From an uncultured Eubacteriales bacterium (GTDB taxonomy: Bacteria > Bacillota > Clostridia > Oscillospirales > CAG-272): DNA of 64,000 nucleotides. The stretch's first letter is position 1; the number at the start of each line of letters is the position of its first letter. The DNA lies in assembly GCA_934476315.1 (NCBI GenBank), contig CAKSNQ010000002.1, forward strand, positions 4,943 through 68,942. Reading direction: 5' to 3'. Below are positions 9,037 through 19,872 of this stretch, piece by piece. The notes beneath the pieces are model-generated. The model saw only the letters and a list, made by a program, of their open reading frames with translations, had not been told where the DNA came from and ran no database searches. A program made the translations under genes and the position numbers.

Positions 9037-10857
9037 TTATGTCCGTCTGAGCCTTCCCCACAGGCGCAGAACGCGCTCGCCCCCTGCCCCGGGAAGCAAC
9101 GCCAGGTCCGCCCGCCCGATCAGGCGCGCGCGCAGGCAAAGCAAGAGGAACAGTCCGACGGTCAGCGGCACCGCGGCGGCGAACAGCAGAAATTCGGAAT
9201 ATCCCCGCCCGACGAGAAATGCGAACGCCAGTCCGGGGACTCCGACCGCGGCAAGCGAAACTCCCAGTGGGCGGAGCAAAGCGCTCCCCAGCGGGGGCAG
9301 AACATCCGTCGTCCGGTGGATCAGAAACAGGTTGATGCCGACGATGGAAGCGTCGCACAGGAAGGTGCTGATTGGTGCGCCCGCAATGTTCACCCGCGGG
9401 ATGCCGATCAGCAGATATGCCCCGACCAGCTTAATCAGCGAGCCGACGAGCATGGAAACAATAGGGGCATGCACCCGCCCGTACGCCTGCAAAATGGCAT
9501 TTGTCGTGGTAATCAGACTCGAAAAAAAGATGGAAACGGCAAGCAGGGAGAGAAGCGGCGCCGCCGCGTCCGCCGCCGCCCGGTCGCCGCGGAACAAAAG
9601 GTGCAAAATCGCGCGACTGTAAATTGCCACCGCCGCCGTGGACGGGAGCGAGAGCAGAACCGTCAGGCGGAACGCCGTTTGCGACGTCGTGCGCTGAGCC
9701 TCCCGGTCGCCGCGCTTGATTGCCGCGGTCAGCGCGGGAACCAGCGCCAGCGCCACCGACGTGACCAGCGACGGAATCAGATTGAAGATTGGCACCGCCA
9801 TGGTCGTATAGCCGCCGTAGAGCGCATTTGCGCCCGCCGTGTCGTAGCCGATGTCCTGCAAGCGCCGTAGAATCATCGCCATATCCACCACCTTGGTCAG
9901 GCACAGAATGGCGGAGCCGACCGTCAGCGGAACCGCCACGCCAAGCAGTCCCCGCAACGGTCTGACCGCCTCCTCGCCGCTGTCCCGGGGAAGCGCGCTC
10001 GCCGATTCCGTCGGGCGGAACGTCGCCCGCCGGAGCATCAGAACGCCCACCGAGACAGCCACGCCGAGGGAGAGCCCCAGCATCGCCCACGCGGCGATAT
10101 GCGGGGCGCTCATGCCGCGTCGCCACGCAAAGGCGGCAAAGCCCAGCCCGAACAGGAGCTTCCCCAGCGCTTCGATCACCTGAGACAGTGCCGTCGGCGC
10201 CATATTTTCAAAGCCCTGGAAGTACCCGCGGTACGCCCCGGACAGGCAGGAAAACAAAAGCGTCGGTGCGACCGCCCGCAAAGCGTAGGCGGTGTCCGGA
10301 CTGCCGATCGCCCCGGCAAACACGCCGGCGCCCAAATACATCAGAAGCGCCCCGCCGACTCCCAGACCGAGAAACAGTCGGAGCATCGAGCCCTCCACGC
10401 GCCCGACCGCCGCAAAATCTCTTCTGGCACGCGCCTGCGCGATGAGCATGGAACCGGCGATCGGAAGTCCCGCCGTCGCCACGGTGCAGAACAGCGCGTA
10501 CCATTCGTACGCCGCATTAAAATACCCCATGCCTTCGCTTCCGAGCACGTGCAGCATGGGGATTTTATAAAGCAACCCCACGATCTTCACGAGCACGGTG
10601 GAGACGGTCAGAACCGCGACGCCGGACAAAAAGGCATTGCCCTGCGCGCCGCCCGACGTCCGGACCGGGCACCCCGCGATTTGCGTCGGGGCACTCGCGC
10701 CTTGGGTCGGGTCGCCCGCTCTTCCGGTCGGGTCGCCCGCTCTTCCGGTCGGGGCACTCGCGCCTCGGGACGGGCGGTCACGGCGGGGGGCGTTTCGCGG
10801 CAGACTCCGGTTCGCCCCGGCGTCGCGATGGGATCGGGGGTTGACGCTCAGGCTCAT
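9037..10857 (-). CDS. MOP/MurJ-superfamily flippase (SpoVB/YabM-like) with a basic repeat-containing N-terminal extension
   Basis: Polytopic ORF with FLSGVAVLTVSTVLVKIVGLLYKIPMLHVLGSEGMGYFNAAY. ATG at 10857 is preceded by AAAGGAG; the track starts two codons earlier at GTG 10863. Confidence 0.75.
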   Translation of the reverse strand: MSLSVNPRSHRDAGANRSLPRNAPRRDRPSRGASAPTGRAGDPTGRAGDPTQGASAPTQIAGCPVRTSGGAQGNAFLSGVAVLTVSTVLVKIVGLLYKIPMLHVLGSEGMGYFNAAYEWYALFCTVATAGLPIAGSMLIAQARARRDFAAVGRVEGSMLRLFLGLGVGGALLMYLGAGVFAGAIGSPDTAYALRAVAPTLLFSCLSGAYRGYFQGFENMAPTALSQVIEALGKLLFGLGFAAFAWRRGMSAPHIAAWAMLGLSLGVAVSVGVLMLRRATFRPTESASALPRDSGEEAVRPLRGLLGVAVPLTVGSAILCLTKVVDMAMILRRLQDIGYDTAGANALYGGYTTMAVPIFNLIPSLVTSVALALVPALTAAIKRGDREAQRTTSQTAFRLTVLLSLPSTAAVAIYSRAILHLLFRGDRAAADAAAPLLSLLAVSIFFSSLITTTNAILQAYGRVHAPIVSMLVGSLIKLVGAYLLIGIPRVNIAGAPISTFLCDASIVGINLFLIHRTTDVLPPLGSALLRPLGVSLAAVGVPGLAFAFLVGRGYSEFLLFAAAVPLTVGLFLLLCLRARLIGRADLALLPGAGGERVLRLWGRLRRT

Positions 10858-10899
10858 GTGCACGCGCTCCTTTTCGGAAAATTCTTCAATCGAAATTCT

Positions 10900-12189
10900 T
10901 CAATCGAAGTAATGCCGAATGATCTGCCGTGCCTCAAAGCGCAGACATTCGATATCAATCGAATTATACTCTCCGTTCTCGAAAAGTATGCGCCCGTCGC
11001 ACATGGTAAGTAATACATTGGAAACATTTGCGCTGTATGCCAGCGTTCCCGCCGGCGTCTTGCTGGGGATGTTATTGACCGCGTTCATGTCGATCAGAAT
11101 CAGATCGGCGCGCGCGCCGACCTCCAGCAAGCCGCAATCCTCACGTCCCTGCGAGAGTGCACCGTTGCGGGTGGCGAGCGCGGGCAATTCCTCGGCGCGG
11201 ATGATGTCCGCCCGACGGTTGACCCCCTTGTGCAGGATTGCCGCGAGCTGCATTTCCTTGAGGATGTCCAGCGAATTGTTGGACGCCGCGCCGTCGGTTC
11301 CGAGCGCCACCGGCAGTCCCGCGTCGAGCATGGCGCGCAGATTCATGACGCCGCTGCCCAATTTGCAGTTGCTGGTCGGGTTGTGAACCGGGAAAACGCC
11401 CTTTTCTTTCATCACGACAAGGTCCTCGTCGGTGCACCACACGCAGTGCGCCGCGCTGGTCGGAACGTCCAGCACGCCGAGCGACGCGAAATACGCGATC
11501 GGCGTCATGCCGTGGCGTTCGATGCATTGCAGGTGCTCCGCCTCGGTCTCGGAGGCGTGAAGCTGCATCCGCAGACCGTGCTCGGCGGCATAGGCGGCGA
11601 TGTAGCGGCAGGTTGCCTCGACGTTGGAATACTCCGCGTGCAATGACATGTCGATCTTCAACCGTCCGTCGCCCGCACCGTTGTATTGCTCCGCCAGCCG
11701 CACCGCCTCGGCGAAGCGCGCGTCCTCCTCCGGCTTGATGCCGGGGTCGAATGAAACGATGGAGCGGGACAGGTTGGCTTTCACTCCCGCCTCCAGCACC
11801 GCCTCAGCGGTCGCATCCACGAACATGTACATGTCGCTGAACGAGACGATGCCGTTCCGGATCATCTCGGCGATGGCAAGCCGCGAACCGTAGTAGGTGC
11901 GGCGGAAATTCAGCTTGTCCTCCGCGGGCAGGATCGCCTCGTCCAGCCAGCGGCGGAGCGGCAGATCCTCTCCAATGCCGCGGAACAGCGTCATGGCGCT
12001 GTGACAGTGGGCGTTATAGAACGCGGGCATCAGCAGATTTCCGTGGCAGTCGATCACCCGGTCGTATCCGTCCTCCGCGGGCAACTCGGTGCCGATCGAA
12101 ACGATGCGCTCGTTCTCAACGGCAACGACGCTTTGCCCCGCGTCCGATGTGTCCGTCATCAGTCTCGCGTTTTTGAACAGTATTTTCAT
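10900..12189 (-). CDS. mtaD: amidohydrolase, 5-methylthioadenosine/S-adenosylhomocysteine deaminase-like
   Basis: MKILFKNARLMTD... with AFYNAHCHSAMTLFRG metal motif. Start moved to ATG 12189, which follows GAGGAGG. Confidence 0.8.
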   Translation of the reverse strand: MKILFKNARLMTDTSDAGQSVVAVENERIVSIGTELPAEDGYDRVIDCHGNLLMPAFYNAHCHSAMTLFRGIGEDLPLRRWLDEAILPAEDKLNFRRTYYGSRLAIAEMIRNGIVSFSDMYMFVDATAEAVLEAGVKANLSRSIVSFDPGIKPEEDARFAEAVRLAEQYNGAGDGRLKIDMSLHAEYSNVEATCRYIAAYAAEHGLRMQLHASETEAEHLQCIERHGMTPIAYFASLGVLDVPTSAAHCVWCTDEDLVVMKEKGVFPVHNPTSNCKLGSGVMNLRAMLDAGLPVALGTDGAASNNSLDILKEMQLAAILHKGVNRRADIIRAEELPALATRNGALSQGREDCGLLEVGARADLILIDMNAVNNIPSKTPAGTLAYSANVSNVLLTMCDGRILFENGEYNSIDIECLRFEARQIIRHYFD

Positions 12190-12217
12190 GTAAATTCCTC
12201 CTCGTTCGGAACGTCCC

Positions 12218-13147
12218 TTACTGCAAAGGGACAAATTCCCGATACAGCGCGCTTGCGGGCAGCCACTGTGTCATGAGCGGTTGCACCGACGATATATTTT
12301 CCAGAATACGGTCTGCCATCGGGCGGTACACGCTCGCCTCCGGCAACTGACCGAGAATGGTCTCAAGATACGGGCGAAGCATGCCCACTTCATACCCCAT
12401 CAGGGAATGCAACGTCTCGTCGCACATGTAAAGATGCGGCAGAATGTTTTTTTGCTCGTTGGCACGGACGCTTTCCCACAAAAAAAACGTGAACTGCGCG
12501 TCGGAAGAGCGGAAGAAATAGTCCCGCACCAGCCGCCGCATCAGGCGGATGTCCACCGGGTCGTATGTCACGCCGCCAACGTCGAGTGACTGCCCCACGC
12601 AGATTGCCATGCTGTGATAGGGATAACGGCGCAGCAGTGCGTTGACCTGCGGGTAGACCACCTGAATGCCCTCAAACAGAAAGACATCGCTCGCGTCCTC
12701 CGCCGTGACCGTCTCGACGCCCTGCCGACGCCCCCGACCGAGATCGTAGCGCGGCACGCACATACTTCCCGTCTGCATGAGGGAGTCCAGCGCGCTCGTC
12801 AGAAGCGGCAGATCCAGCGCCTCCACCGAGTCAAAATCCAGCTTTTTCGCGCCGTCCGGATCCTCCATCAGACGCCGCCCGTCCGGTTGCTCGCGAAAGA
12901 AATTGTCCAGTGAGATCAGATGCACGCGGTGTCCCCCGCGTACCAAATGATCGGTCAGGATGCCTGCCGCCGTTGTTTTTCCCGCGCAGGTGGGACCGGA
13001 CAGACCGATAAATTTCAGATCCGGCATTGCCGAAAGGCGCGCCGACACCTCGTCCACCTGCCGTGCGAAAGCCCGCTCGCAGGCGACGACATATTCCTCT
13101 GCTTCCTGTTCCGAGGAAAAGCTCCCCGGTGCATGCAAAACCGACAT
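12218..13147 (-). CDS. uridine kinase/phosphoribulokinase-family nucleoside kinase
   Basis: 309 aa; P-loop GLSGPTCAGKTT, then ISLDNFF. Confidence 0.65.
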   Translation of the reverse strand: MSVLHAPGSFSSEQEAEEYVVACERAFARQVDEVSARLSAMPDLKFIGLSGPTCAGKTTAAGILTDHLVRGGHRVHLISLDNFFREQPDGRRLMEDPDGAKKLDFDSVEALDLPLLTSALDSLMQTGSMCVPRYDLGRGRRQGVETVTAEDASDVFLFEGIQVVYPQVNALLRRYPYHSMAICVGQSLDVGGVTYDPVDIRLMRRLVRDYFFRSSDAQFTFFLWESVRANEQKNILPHLYMCDETLHSLMGYEVGMLRPYLETILGQLPEASVYRPMADRILENISSVQPLMTQWLPASALYREFVPLQ

Positions 13148-13158
13148 AATCGCCTCCG

Positions 13159-14655
13159 TCAGTTGAGAAGCCCACGCTCCTCATAGAATTTTTTCATGAA
13201 CGCGACCTTTGCCTCTGTCTGGCTGTCGCGGAGATATTCGTAAGGATACTTATAGTTGAAGAACCGCGCGATCTGCGGCGCCGAGCCGTCGTGCGGCTGA
13301 TAATCGACCGCCTTTGTGACCGCGCCCGCGCCCGCGGCAAAGACCGAATGGTATTCCTCCATCATATAGACATTATACCGCCCCTCCTTGCCCGGCTTGG
13401 CGAATCCGACATTTTCGAAGTTGCCCACCGTGTTCTTCTGACGGTACATATAATACGGGATATATCCCATCTTGGGCGCGCGAATCTGCGTGTAGTCGAT
13501 GCATTTGCCCGCGTCTCCGCCCTGGCGGGAGTAGACGTCGAGACTGCCGTGCGCCAGGTCCGCCGCCTTTTTGACGCAGAAGGTATGGACGGTGATATTT
13601 TCCGGCGCGAGCTTGAGTATTTTGTCGAACGAGCGGGAGAATGTCCGGAAATCATCGCCGGGCAAGCCGGCGATCAGGTCGGTGTTGATACAGGATATGC
13701 CGGACTCCCGCGCCACGTCATACGCCCGCAGGAACTCCTCCGCCGTATGACTGCGTCCGATGTAGCGGAGCACCTCGTTGCAGAGCGACTGGGGGTTGAC
13801 GCTGACGCGCGTCACGCCGTATTCCTTTGCCACAGCGAACTTTTCCGCCGTGATGGTGTCGGGGCGTCCGGACTCCAGCGTGTATTCCTCCAGCGCTGTC
13901 ACGTCCGTCTCCTCCGCAATGGCGGACAGGAGGTAGCGGAGCTGATCCGCCTCCAGAATGGTGGGCGTTCCGCCGCCGATATAGACGGTTTTCAGATGAA
14001 GTCCCATTTCGCGGATTGCCTCCAGCAGTCGTCGGGTCTCCGCCGTCAGCGCCACCAAATACTCGGGAATCAGTGAAAGCAGTCGGCGCGAGGTGTACGA
14101 CACAAACGAGCAATACGCACACCGCGTCGGGCAAAACGGAATGGAGATATAAAGACTGCAATCCCGTCGGTCGGGCGTGCCTACGAGCGCCCGCTCGCAC
14201 AGCGCCACGTCGGTCGCGAGCGCCGCCTTTTTGGGGTTAGTGAAGTAGTTTTCCACCAGAAGATGTCGCGTCCGGTCGGGGGTTTCCCCCGCGCGGAGCA
14301 GTTCCATCGCCATTTTCGCGGGACGCACGCCGGTCAGGATTCCCCACGCCGGGCGGTAGCCGAGCAGCTTTTCCCCGGCGTTCATGACCGCGCCGCCGAC
14401 CGCCAGCTTTGCCGTCCGCTCCTTGGTATGGGACGGGCAGAAGTCCACGTGCTGTTGCGCATCGGCAGACTTGTCCCCGAGCGACATGACCGCGAGGGCG
14501 GTATATCCCTGCCCCTCCTCGCGCATGACGAGCGACAGGGACGGCTCGTCCTCGCTCCCGGTCGCCGTCTCGGAAAATTTGGTTCCCGGGAAAAAGATCA
14601 TGCACAGCATCTGCACGTAGTATGGATTGATTTTTCCCTCGATCTGCAATTTCAT
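13159..14655 (-). CDS. hemZ: HemN-family radical SAM protein (HemZ-like coproporphyrinogen dehydrogenase)
   Basis: SIPFCPTRCAYCSF CxxxCxxC motif. Start trimmed to MKLQIEGKINPYYV (ATG 14655) to remove the overlap with dtd. Confidence 0.8.
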   Translation of the reverse strand: MKLQIEGKINPYYVQMLCMIFFPGTKFSETATGSEDEPSLSLVMREEGQGYTALAVMSLGDKSADAQQHVDFCPSHTKERTAKLAVGGAVMNAGEKLLGYRPAWGILTGVRPAKMAMELLRAGETPDRTRHLLVENYFTNPKKAALATDVALCERALVGTPDRRDCSLYISIPFCPTRCAYCSFVSYTSRRLLSLIPEYLVALTAETRRLLEAIREMGLHLKTVYIGGGTPTILEADQLRYLLSAIAEETDVTALEEYTLESGRPDTITAEKFAVAKEYGVTRVSVNPQSLCNEVLRYIGRSHTAEEFLRAYDVARESGISCINTDLIAGLPGDDFRTFSRSFDKILKLAPENITVHTFCVKKAADLAHGSLDVYSRQGGDAGKCIDYTQIRAPKMGYIPYYMYRQKNTVGNFENVGFAKPGKEGRYNVYMMEEYHSVFAAGAGAVTKAVDYQPHDGSAPQIARFFNYKYPYEYLRDSQTEAKVAFMKKFYEERGLLN

Positions 14656-14665
14656 ACGCGCGTTG

Positions 14666-15136
14666 TCACTCCTTGCCTTTGATTGTTTTCCGGTATATCG
14701 CCGAGTCGAGAATGAGTGTGACCGGACCGTCGTTGACCAGCGACACCTGCATATCGGCGCCGAAGCGTCCCGTTTGCGTCGGGATGCCCTGCTCCGCGAC
14801 CAGATCGACAAATTTTTCATACAGCGCTCTTGCGTGTTCGGGCGACCCCGCCCCGAAAAAGCTCGGGCGGTTTCCGTGCGAGGTGTCCGCCAGCAGGGTG
14901 AACTGCGAGACGACCAGCATTTCCCCGCCGACATCGCGGAGCGAGAGGTTCATTTTACCGTCGCCGTCGCAGAAAATCCGCAATTTGACGATTTTTTGCG
15001 CGAGGAGCTCGGCGTCCGTTCCGTCGTCATTCTCCGCAACGCCGAGCAGAACCATCAGCCCCGCGGAACACTGTCCCACGATCTCGCCGTCCACCGTCAC
15101 CCGCGCCTCGCGGACGCGCTGTATCACTGCTTTCAT
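14666..15136 (-). CDS. dtd: D-aminoacyl-tRNA deacylase
   Basis: 156 aa; MKAVIQRV...LLGV...VSQFTL...G.RPSF...NDGPVT. Confidence 0.95.
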   Translation of the reverse strand: MKAVIQRVREARVTVDGEIVGQCSAGLMVLLGVAENDDGTDAELLAQKIVKLRIFCDGDGKMNLSLRDVGGEMLVVSQFTLLADTSHGNRPSFFGAGSPEHARALYEKFVDLVAEQGIPTQTGRFGADMQVSLVNDGPVTLILDSAIYRKTIKGKE

Positions 15137-15211
15137 GAAAATAGAATCTCCTTGTCCGTTTGTTGTTGTCTGCCGCGAAAAATCTGTCGCCTTACCGCCA
15201 ACGGTCAGCGC

Positions 15212-17473
15212 TCAGGAGACGAAGCCGCGCACCACGTCGGTCACGCCCGGCAGACTCTTGAGCCGGGAGACGATAGACGTATAGTGTTCGGTATTTTTGC
15301 AGCTGACCTTGAGAGAAATGATGCTTGTCCCGTCGGCGCGGATGGTGCTGTTGATCTGAAGGATAGAGACCTTCATATCCGCCAGCGCCCCCGTGACGTC
15401 CGCCAGCGCACCGATCCTGTTCTCGGTGTGAACCTGCAGGAGCGCCTCGTACAGGTCCTTGCTCGCGCTGTTCGTACCGCGCTCCCATTCCGCCGTGACC
15501 CAACGCCCCTCGTTTTCCGGCTTTTCCAGCCCGGCGATGACATTGGGGCAGTCGCGCTTGTGGATGGAAATGCCGAAGCCCTTGGTGATGAAGCCGATCA
15601 GCGCATCGCCCGGAAGCGGGTTACAGCACTTGGCAAATTTGACCTGACAACCGCTCTCGCCGTCCACGATAATGCCGCTGTTGGAGCGCAGATTCTTCGG
15701 CTTCGCCGCGCCCTCCGCCGCACGCTGAATCGACTGTGTCTGCTCCTCCAGCGTCAGCCCCGCAGTTTCCGCCTTTTGTTGTTCCTCCAGCCTTGCGCGG
15801 TAAAGGCGGACATACTCGTCGTGCAGCTTGATGGCGACCTTGGTGATTGCCACGCCGCCGTAGCCGAGCGTGCTGTACAGATCCTCCGCCGTCGCGTAGC
15901 CCGCCTTTTGCGCGACGTTGCTGACGACCTCCGCCATCTCCGCGTCAGTCAGCGTGCGTGCGTACTTCTTCATCTCGGCGTCCACCATCGCCTTGCCGGC
16001 GACGACGTTTTCCGAGCGCGTCACTTTCTTGAACCACTGGCGGATTTTATTGCGTGCTTCGCTGGTCTTGACGATGTTGAGCCAGTCGCGGCTGGGACCC
16101 TTACTTCCCGCCGAGGTCAGGATTTCAACGATCTCTCCGTTTTCGGGGGAGCGGTCGATCGGCACGATCATGCCGTTGATCTTGGCGCCCACCATCTTGT
16201 TTCCAACCTCGGAATGAATCGCGTAGGCAAAGTCGATGACCGTCGCCCCCTGCGGGAGCGAGATGACGTCGCCCTTGGGCGTGAACACGAACACCTCGTC
16301 GTGGAAAATATCGGTTTTGAGCGCGTGCAAAAACTCGTCCGGGTCGCGCGTGCCGTCCTCGGTCTCGATCAGGCGGGCGATCCATTCCAGCTTTTTGTCC
16401 ATTTCCTCCTTGGTGGAGACGCCCGATTTATACTTCCAGTGCGCCGCCATACCGTATTCGGCGAACTGATGCATTTCCCACGTCCGGATCTGCACCTCAA
16501 AGGGGATGCCGTCGTGTCCGATGACCGTGGTGTGAAGTGAGCGGTACATATTCGGCTTCGGCGTGGAGATATAATCCTTGAACCGACCGGGAATGGAGCG
16601 GAACATCTCGTGAATATACCCCAGCACGCAGTAACACGCCGCCTCGTCGTCCACGATGACGCGCAGGGCGTAGAAATCGTAGATTTCGTCGAAGCTCTTA
16701 TTCTGGTTGTACATCTTGCGGTAAACGGAATAGACCGACTTGATGCGCCCTTCCAGCTGGAAGTGGATATGGTTTTCGTTGAGCTTGTTCTCGACCATCC
16801 GGCGGATGTTCTCAATGAAGCCGGCGTTCTGCCCGTACTTTTTCTCAATGTCGGTCTTGACCTCATTGTAGCCGATGGGGTCGAGGTAGGAAAGACTGAG
16901 ATTTTCCAGCTCCAGCTTGATCTTCTGCATACCGAGGCGGTGCGCCAGCGGCGCGTAGACCTGCATGGTTTCCAGTGCGGTCAGACGGCGCTTCGGCTCG
17001 GGCTTGGCGTCAAGCGTGCGCATATTGTGCAGCCGGTCGCACAGTTTAATGAAGATGACGCGGACGTCGTGCGACATGGCGAGCAGCATTTTGCGCAGGC
17101 TCTCGATGTGCGCCTCCTCCTTGTCGTCCACTTGCAGCATGACGATCTTGGTCAGACCGTCCACCAGCATTGCCACGTCTTTGCCGAACTTTTTCTCGAT
17201 CTCCTTGAGGTTGGTCTTGTCGGCGCAGTCCTCCACCGTATCATGGAGCAGTGCCGCACAGATGGAGTCGGTGTCCAGCTCCAGCCCCGCGACGATTTCC
17301 GCCACGGCGATCGGGTGAGAAATATACGGCTCGCCGCTGGCACGGACCTGTCCGGCGTGCAGCGCGCTCGCGTAATCATAAGCGCGCTGAATCTTATCCA
17401 GGTCGTAATTTTTCCCCGTGGCGACCAGCATCGCCATCAGATTTTTTATGTCGGTATGGACAGGACTTGCCAT
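15212..17473 (-). CDS. rel: bifunctional (p)ppGpp synthetase/hydrolase RelA/SpoT
   Basis: 753 aa; HD domain (HPIAVAEIV...LHDTVED), synthetase region (YRSLHTTV), TGS and ACT tail. Confidence 0.95.
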   Translation of the reverse strand: MASPVHTDIKNLMAMLVATGKNYDLDKIQRAYDYASALHAGQVRASGEPYISHPIAVAEIVAGLELDTDSICAALLHDTVEDCADKTNLKEIEKKFGKDVAMLVDGLTKIVMLQVDDKEEAHIESLRKMLLAMSHDVRVIFIKLCDRLHNMRTLDAKPEPKRRLTALETMQVYAPLAHRLGMQKIKLELENLSLSYLDPIGYNEVKTDIEKKYGQNAGFIENIRRMVENKLNENHIHFQLEGRIKSVYSVYRKMYNQNKSFDEIYDFYALRVIVDDEAACYCVLGYIHEMFRSIPGRFKDYISTPKPNMYRSLHTTVIGHDGIPFEVQIRTWEMHQFAEYGMAAHWKYKSGVSTKEEMDKKLEWIARLIETEDGTRDPDEFLHALKTDIFHDEVFVFTPKGDVISLPQGATVIDFAYAIHSEVGNKMVGAKINGMIVPIDRSPENGEIVEILTSAGSKGPSRDWLNIVKTSEARNKIRQWFKKVTRSENVVAGKAMVDAEMKKYARTLTDAEMAEVVSNVAQKAGYATAEDLYSTLGYGGVAITKVAIKLHDEYVRLYRARLEEQQKAETAGLTLEEQTQSIQRAAEGAAKPKNLRSNSGIIVDGESGCQVKFAKCCNPLPGDALIGFITKGFGISIHKRDCPNVIAGLEKPENEGRWVTAEWERGTNSASKDLYEALLQVHTENRIGALADVTGALADMKVSILQINSTIRADGTSIISLKVSCKNTEHYTSIVSRLKSLPGVTDVVRGFVS

Positions 17474-17533
17474 AACCGGTTCACCATGGCTTTCGGTGAT
17501 CGAAAGCTCCCTTTCTTCCGGAATACGGACCTC

Positions 17534-19765
17534 TCACTCGGTTTTCCTATACTGCCCCCGCAGTTTTTTCAGGATTCCGGACTTATCGATCGAGGTCTTG
17601 GTCGGAGTGAAGTAAATATCGAAAATATAGAAACCCTCTCTCGGCTCGCTGACGCCGCAGATCTGCAGCTCCTCCAGCACCCGGAGGATAAACTTCAACT
17701 TGATGTAATTGATCTGCCCCGGTGCGATGGATTCCAGCGCGCACAGGAGCGTATGTTCGTGAAATGTGGTATTACCCTGACGGAATTCCCGCCGCAGGTA
17801 ACTGTAAACCAAAGCAAAATCTTCTCTTCCGGGAATGATGTCCCCGTCGCGCTCATCGAAGGGCGCGCCCGCGCGGATCTGCTCATATCGCTCCCGTACG
17901 CTCCGCTGTTCCGCAGCAAAGGAGGCGCTGATCCGAAAATCCTTGACGATCAGTTGCAGGGATGTCTCCCCCTGGAACTCGTTGATGTTGACCTGAAACA
18001 GCACGTCCACGCGGTCGCCCGCCGAGACGTGGCACTGCGCCGTCGGTACACCGAAGCAGACCGCGGGCACCGATGCGTCGTCGTGCGACAGAAGAAATTT
18101 CGTATGCTTGCCGCCACCCAGAGGGGTCACGCGCTCCACGCGCATATCCCGCAGAATAAACTGCGGCACCGGGTTGGAAACACCGAACGGCTCCAGCAGA
18201 TTCAGCTCCTGTGCCAGCTCCATGGTCAGCTCACCCGGCTCCACCTCACAGTCGGCGTCCAGATGAACCGCCAGCTCCTCGTCGCACAACCTCTGCCGTG
18301 CGTACTCGTTGATGCGTCGGCGGAAGCGTTCGATGTTGCCGCGCTGAATGGACATTCCCGCCGCCAGCTCGTGTCCGCCGAAGCGGACCAGAAGCGGCTC
18401 GCACGCCATGAGCGCCTCCACCAGGTTCATTCCCTTGACACTGCGCCCCGAGCCCTTGCCGATGTCGTCGGCGCAGGGATACCCGCGCGTCGCGCCGTCG
18501 AAGGAGATCAGAATGGAGGGCAGTCCGTAGCGCTCGGTCACACGCGAGGCAACGATACCGACGATGCCCTGCGGCCACGTGTCGTCCTCCAGGACGATCA
18601 CCCGGTCGTTCTCCGGGTCCAGCGTCTCCTCGATCATGCGATACGCCTGCTCCGCGACGCGGTTTTCCTCGACCTGCCGCCGCGCGTTGACCTCGCAAAG
18701 CCGCTGTGCCAGCGTGCGGGCGGACTCTTCGGTGTCCGAGAGCAGTAGCTCGACCGCCTCCGATGCAGAACTCATGCGTCCCGCAGCGTTGATCCGCGGC
18801 GCGATGCCAAAGCCGATGAAGCCCGAATTGATGCGCTTGCGCCGTCCCTCGGCGCGCTCCTGCGGCGTCAGCGGAACCGGAAATCCCCCGCGCATTTTGG
18901 TCGACGGAAGCGTCGCGTCGATCAGGGCAGACAGCCCCGGGCGGCAGTTTCCGGCGATCTTGCGCAGACCGTAGGCAACGATGATGCGATTTTCGTCCAC
19001 GATCGGCATGACGTCGGCGATGGTTCCGAGCGCCACCAGGTCGGCGTAGGCGTCGCAGACGCGCCGCACACCCTCGACGACCGGCTCACCGCGCTCGGCG
19101 CACAGCGTCATTTCATAGGCGCAGAGCAGCTTGAACACTACCCCCACACCCGCCAGCTCGCGGAACGGATAATCGCAGTCCGGTCGGTGCGGGTTGACGA
19201 CCGCGCAGGCGTCCGGAAGCTCGGCGTGGCACTCGTGATGATCGGTAATCACCATGTCGATGCCCCGCTCACGGGCGTACGCCGTTTCCTCCACCGCGGT
19301 AATTCCCGTATCCACGGTAACGATGAGCTTGACCTGCCGCTGCTTGGCAAGCATGTCGATCGCGGCGCAGGACACACCGTAGCCGTCGCGGGTGCGGCTG
19401 GGAATATAATAGCCGACGTCCGCCCCCATGCCCGAGAGGAACAGGTACAGCAGGCTGACCGACGTCACGCCGTCCACGTCATAGTCCCCGTAGATGGCAA
19501 TGCGTTCCTTCTGCTCCACGGCGCGCCGGATGCGGGCGACCGCCTTTTCGATGTCGCACAGGAGAAAGGGATCGTGCATTTTTTCATCGCTCATCTGCAA
19601 AAACGCCCGCGCCTGCTCCGGGCTGTGGCACCCGCGGTTGTAAAGCACCCGTGCGGTCAGCGGCAAAATTCCCACCTCATCGGCAATTTTCCGGACGCAC
19701 GCCGCCTCCGCGTCATCCGCGCCCAGCTCTGTCCATATTTTATTTCTTTGTTTCCATTGTTCCAT
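17534..19765 (-). CDS. recJ: single-stranded-DNA-specific exonuclease RecJ
   Basis: DHH motifs (IYGDYDVDGVTS, VTVDTG, ITDHH). Start taken at ATG 19765 (MEQWKQ); the track begins at TTG 19798. Confidence 0.9.
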   Translation of the reverse strand: MEQWKQRNKIWTELGADDAEAACVRKIADEVGILPLTARVLYNRGCHSPEQARAFLQMSDEKMHDPFLLCDIEKAVARIRRAVEQKERIAIYGDYDVDGVTSVSLLYLFLSGMGADVGYYIPSRTRDGYGVSCAAIDMLAKQRQVKLIVTVDTGITAVEETAYARERGIDMVITDHHECHAELPDACAVVNPHRPDCDYPFRELAGVGVVFKLLCAYEMTLCAERGEPVVEGVRRVCDAYADLVALGTIADVMPIVDENRIIVAYGLRKIAGNCRPGLSALIDATLPSTKMRGGFPVPLTPQERAEGRRKRINSGFIGFGIAPRINAAGRMSSASEAVELLLSDTEESARTLAQRLCEVNARRQVEENRVAEQAYRMIEETLDPENDRVIVLEDDTWPQGIVGIVASRVTERYGLPSILISFDGATRGYPCADDIGKGSGRSVKGMNLVEALMACEPLLVRFGGHELAAGMSIQRGNIERFRRRINEYARQRLCDEELAVHLDADCEVEPGELTMELAQELNLLEPFGVSNPVPQFILRDMRVERVTPLGGGKHTKFLLSHDDASVPAVCFGVPTAQCHVSAGDRVDVLFQVNINEFQGETSLQLIVKDFRISASFAAEQRSVRERYEQIRAGAPFDERDGDIIPGREDFALVYSYLRREFRQGNTTFHEHTLLCALESIAPGQINYIKLKFILRVLEELQICGVSEPREGFYIFDIYFTPTKTSIDKSGILKKLRGQYRKTE

Positions 19766-19872
19766 GCTGATCGTTCCAACTCCTGCTCGCACCGACAAAT
19801 GAAAACGGCATCTGCCCGTTCTCTGCCGCGTTCTGTTTTTCGTCCGCAGGCATCTGTCCTGCCACTCTCTCT

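Noticed and set aside
14627-18748. Long + strand ORFs (637 aa and 712 aa) opposite hemZ/dtd/rel/recJ.
   Set aside because: They are antisense shadows of well-supported minus-strand genes in high-GC DNA. The products are Arg/Asp/His/Gly-rich low complexity, with no RBS and no recognisable motifs.
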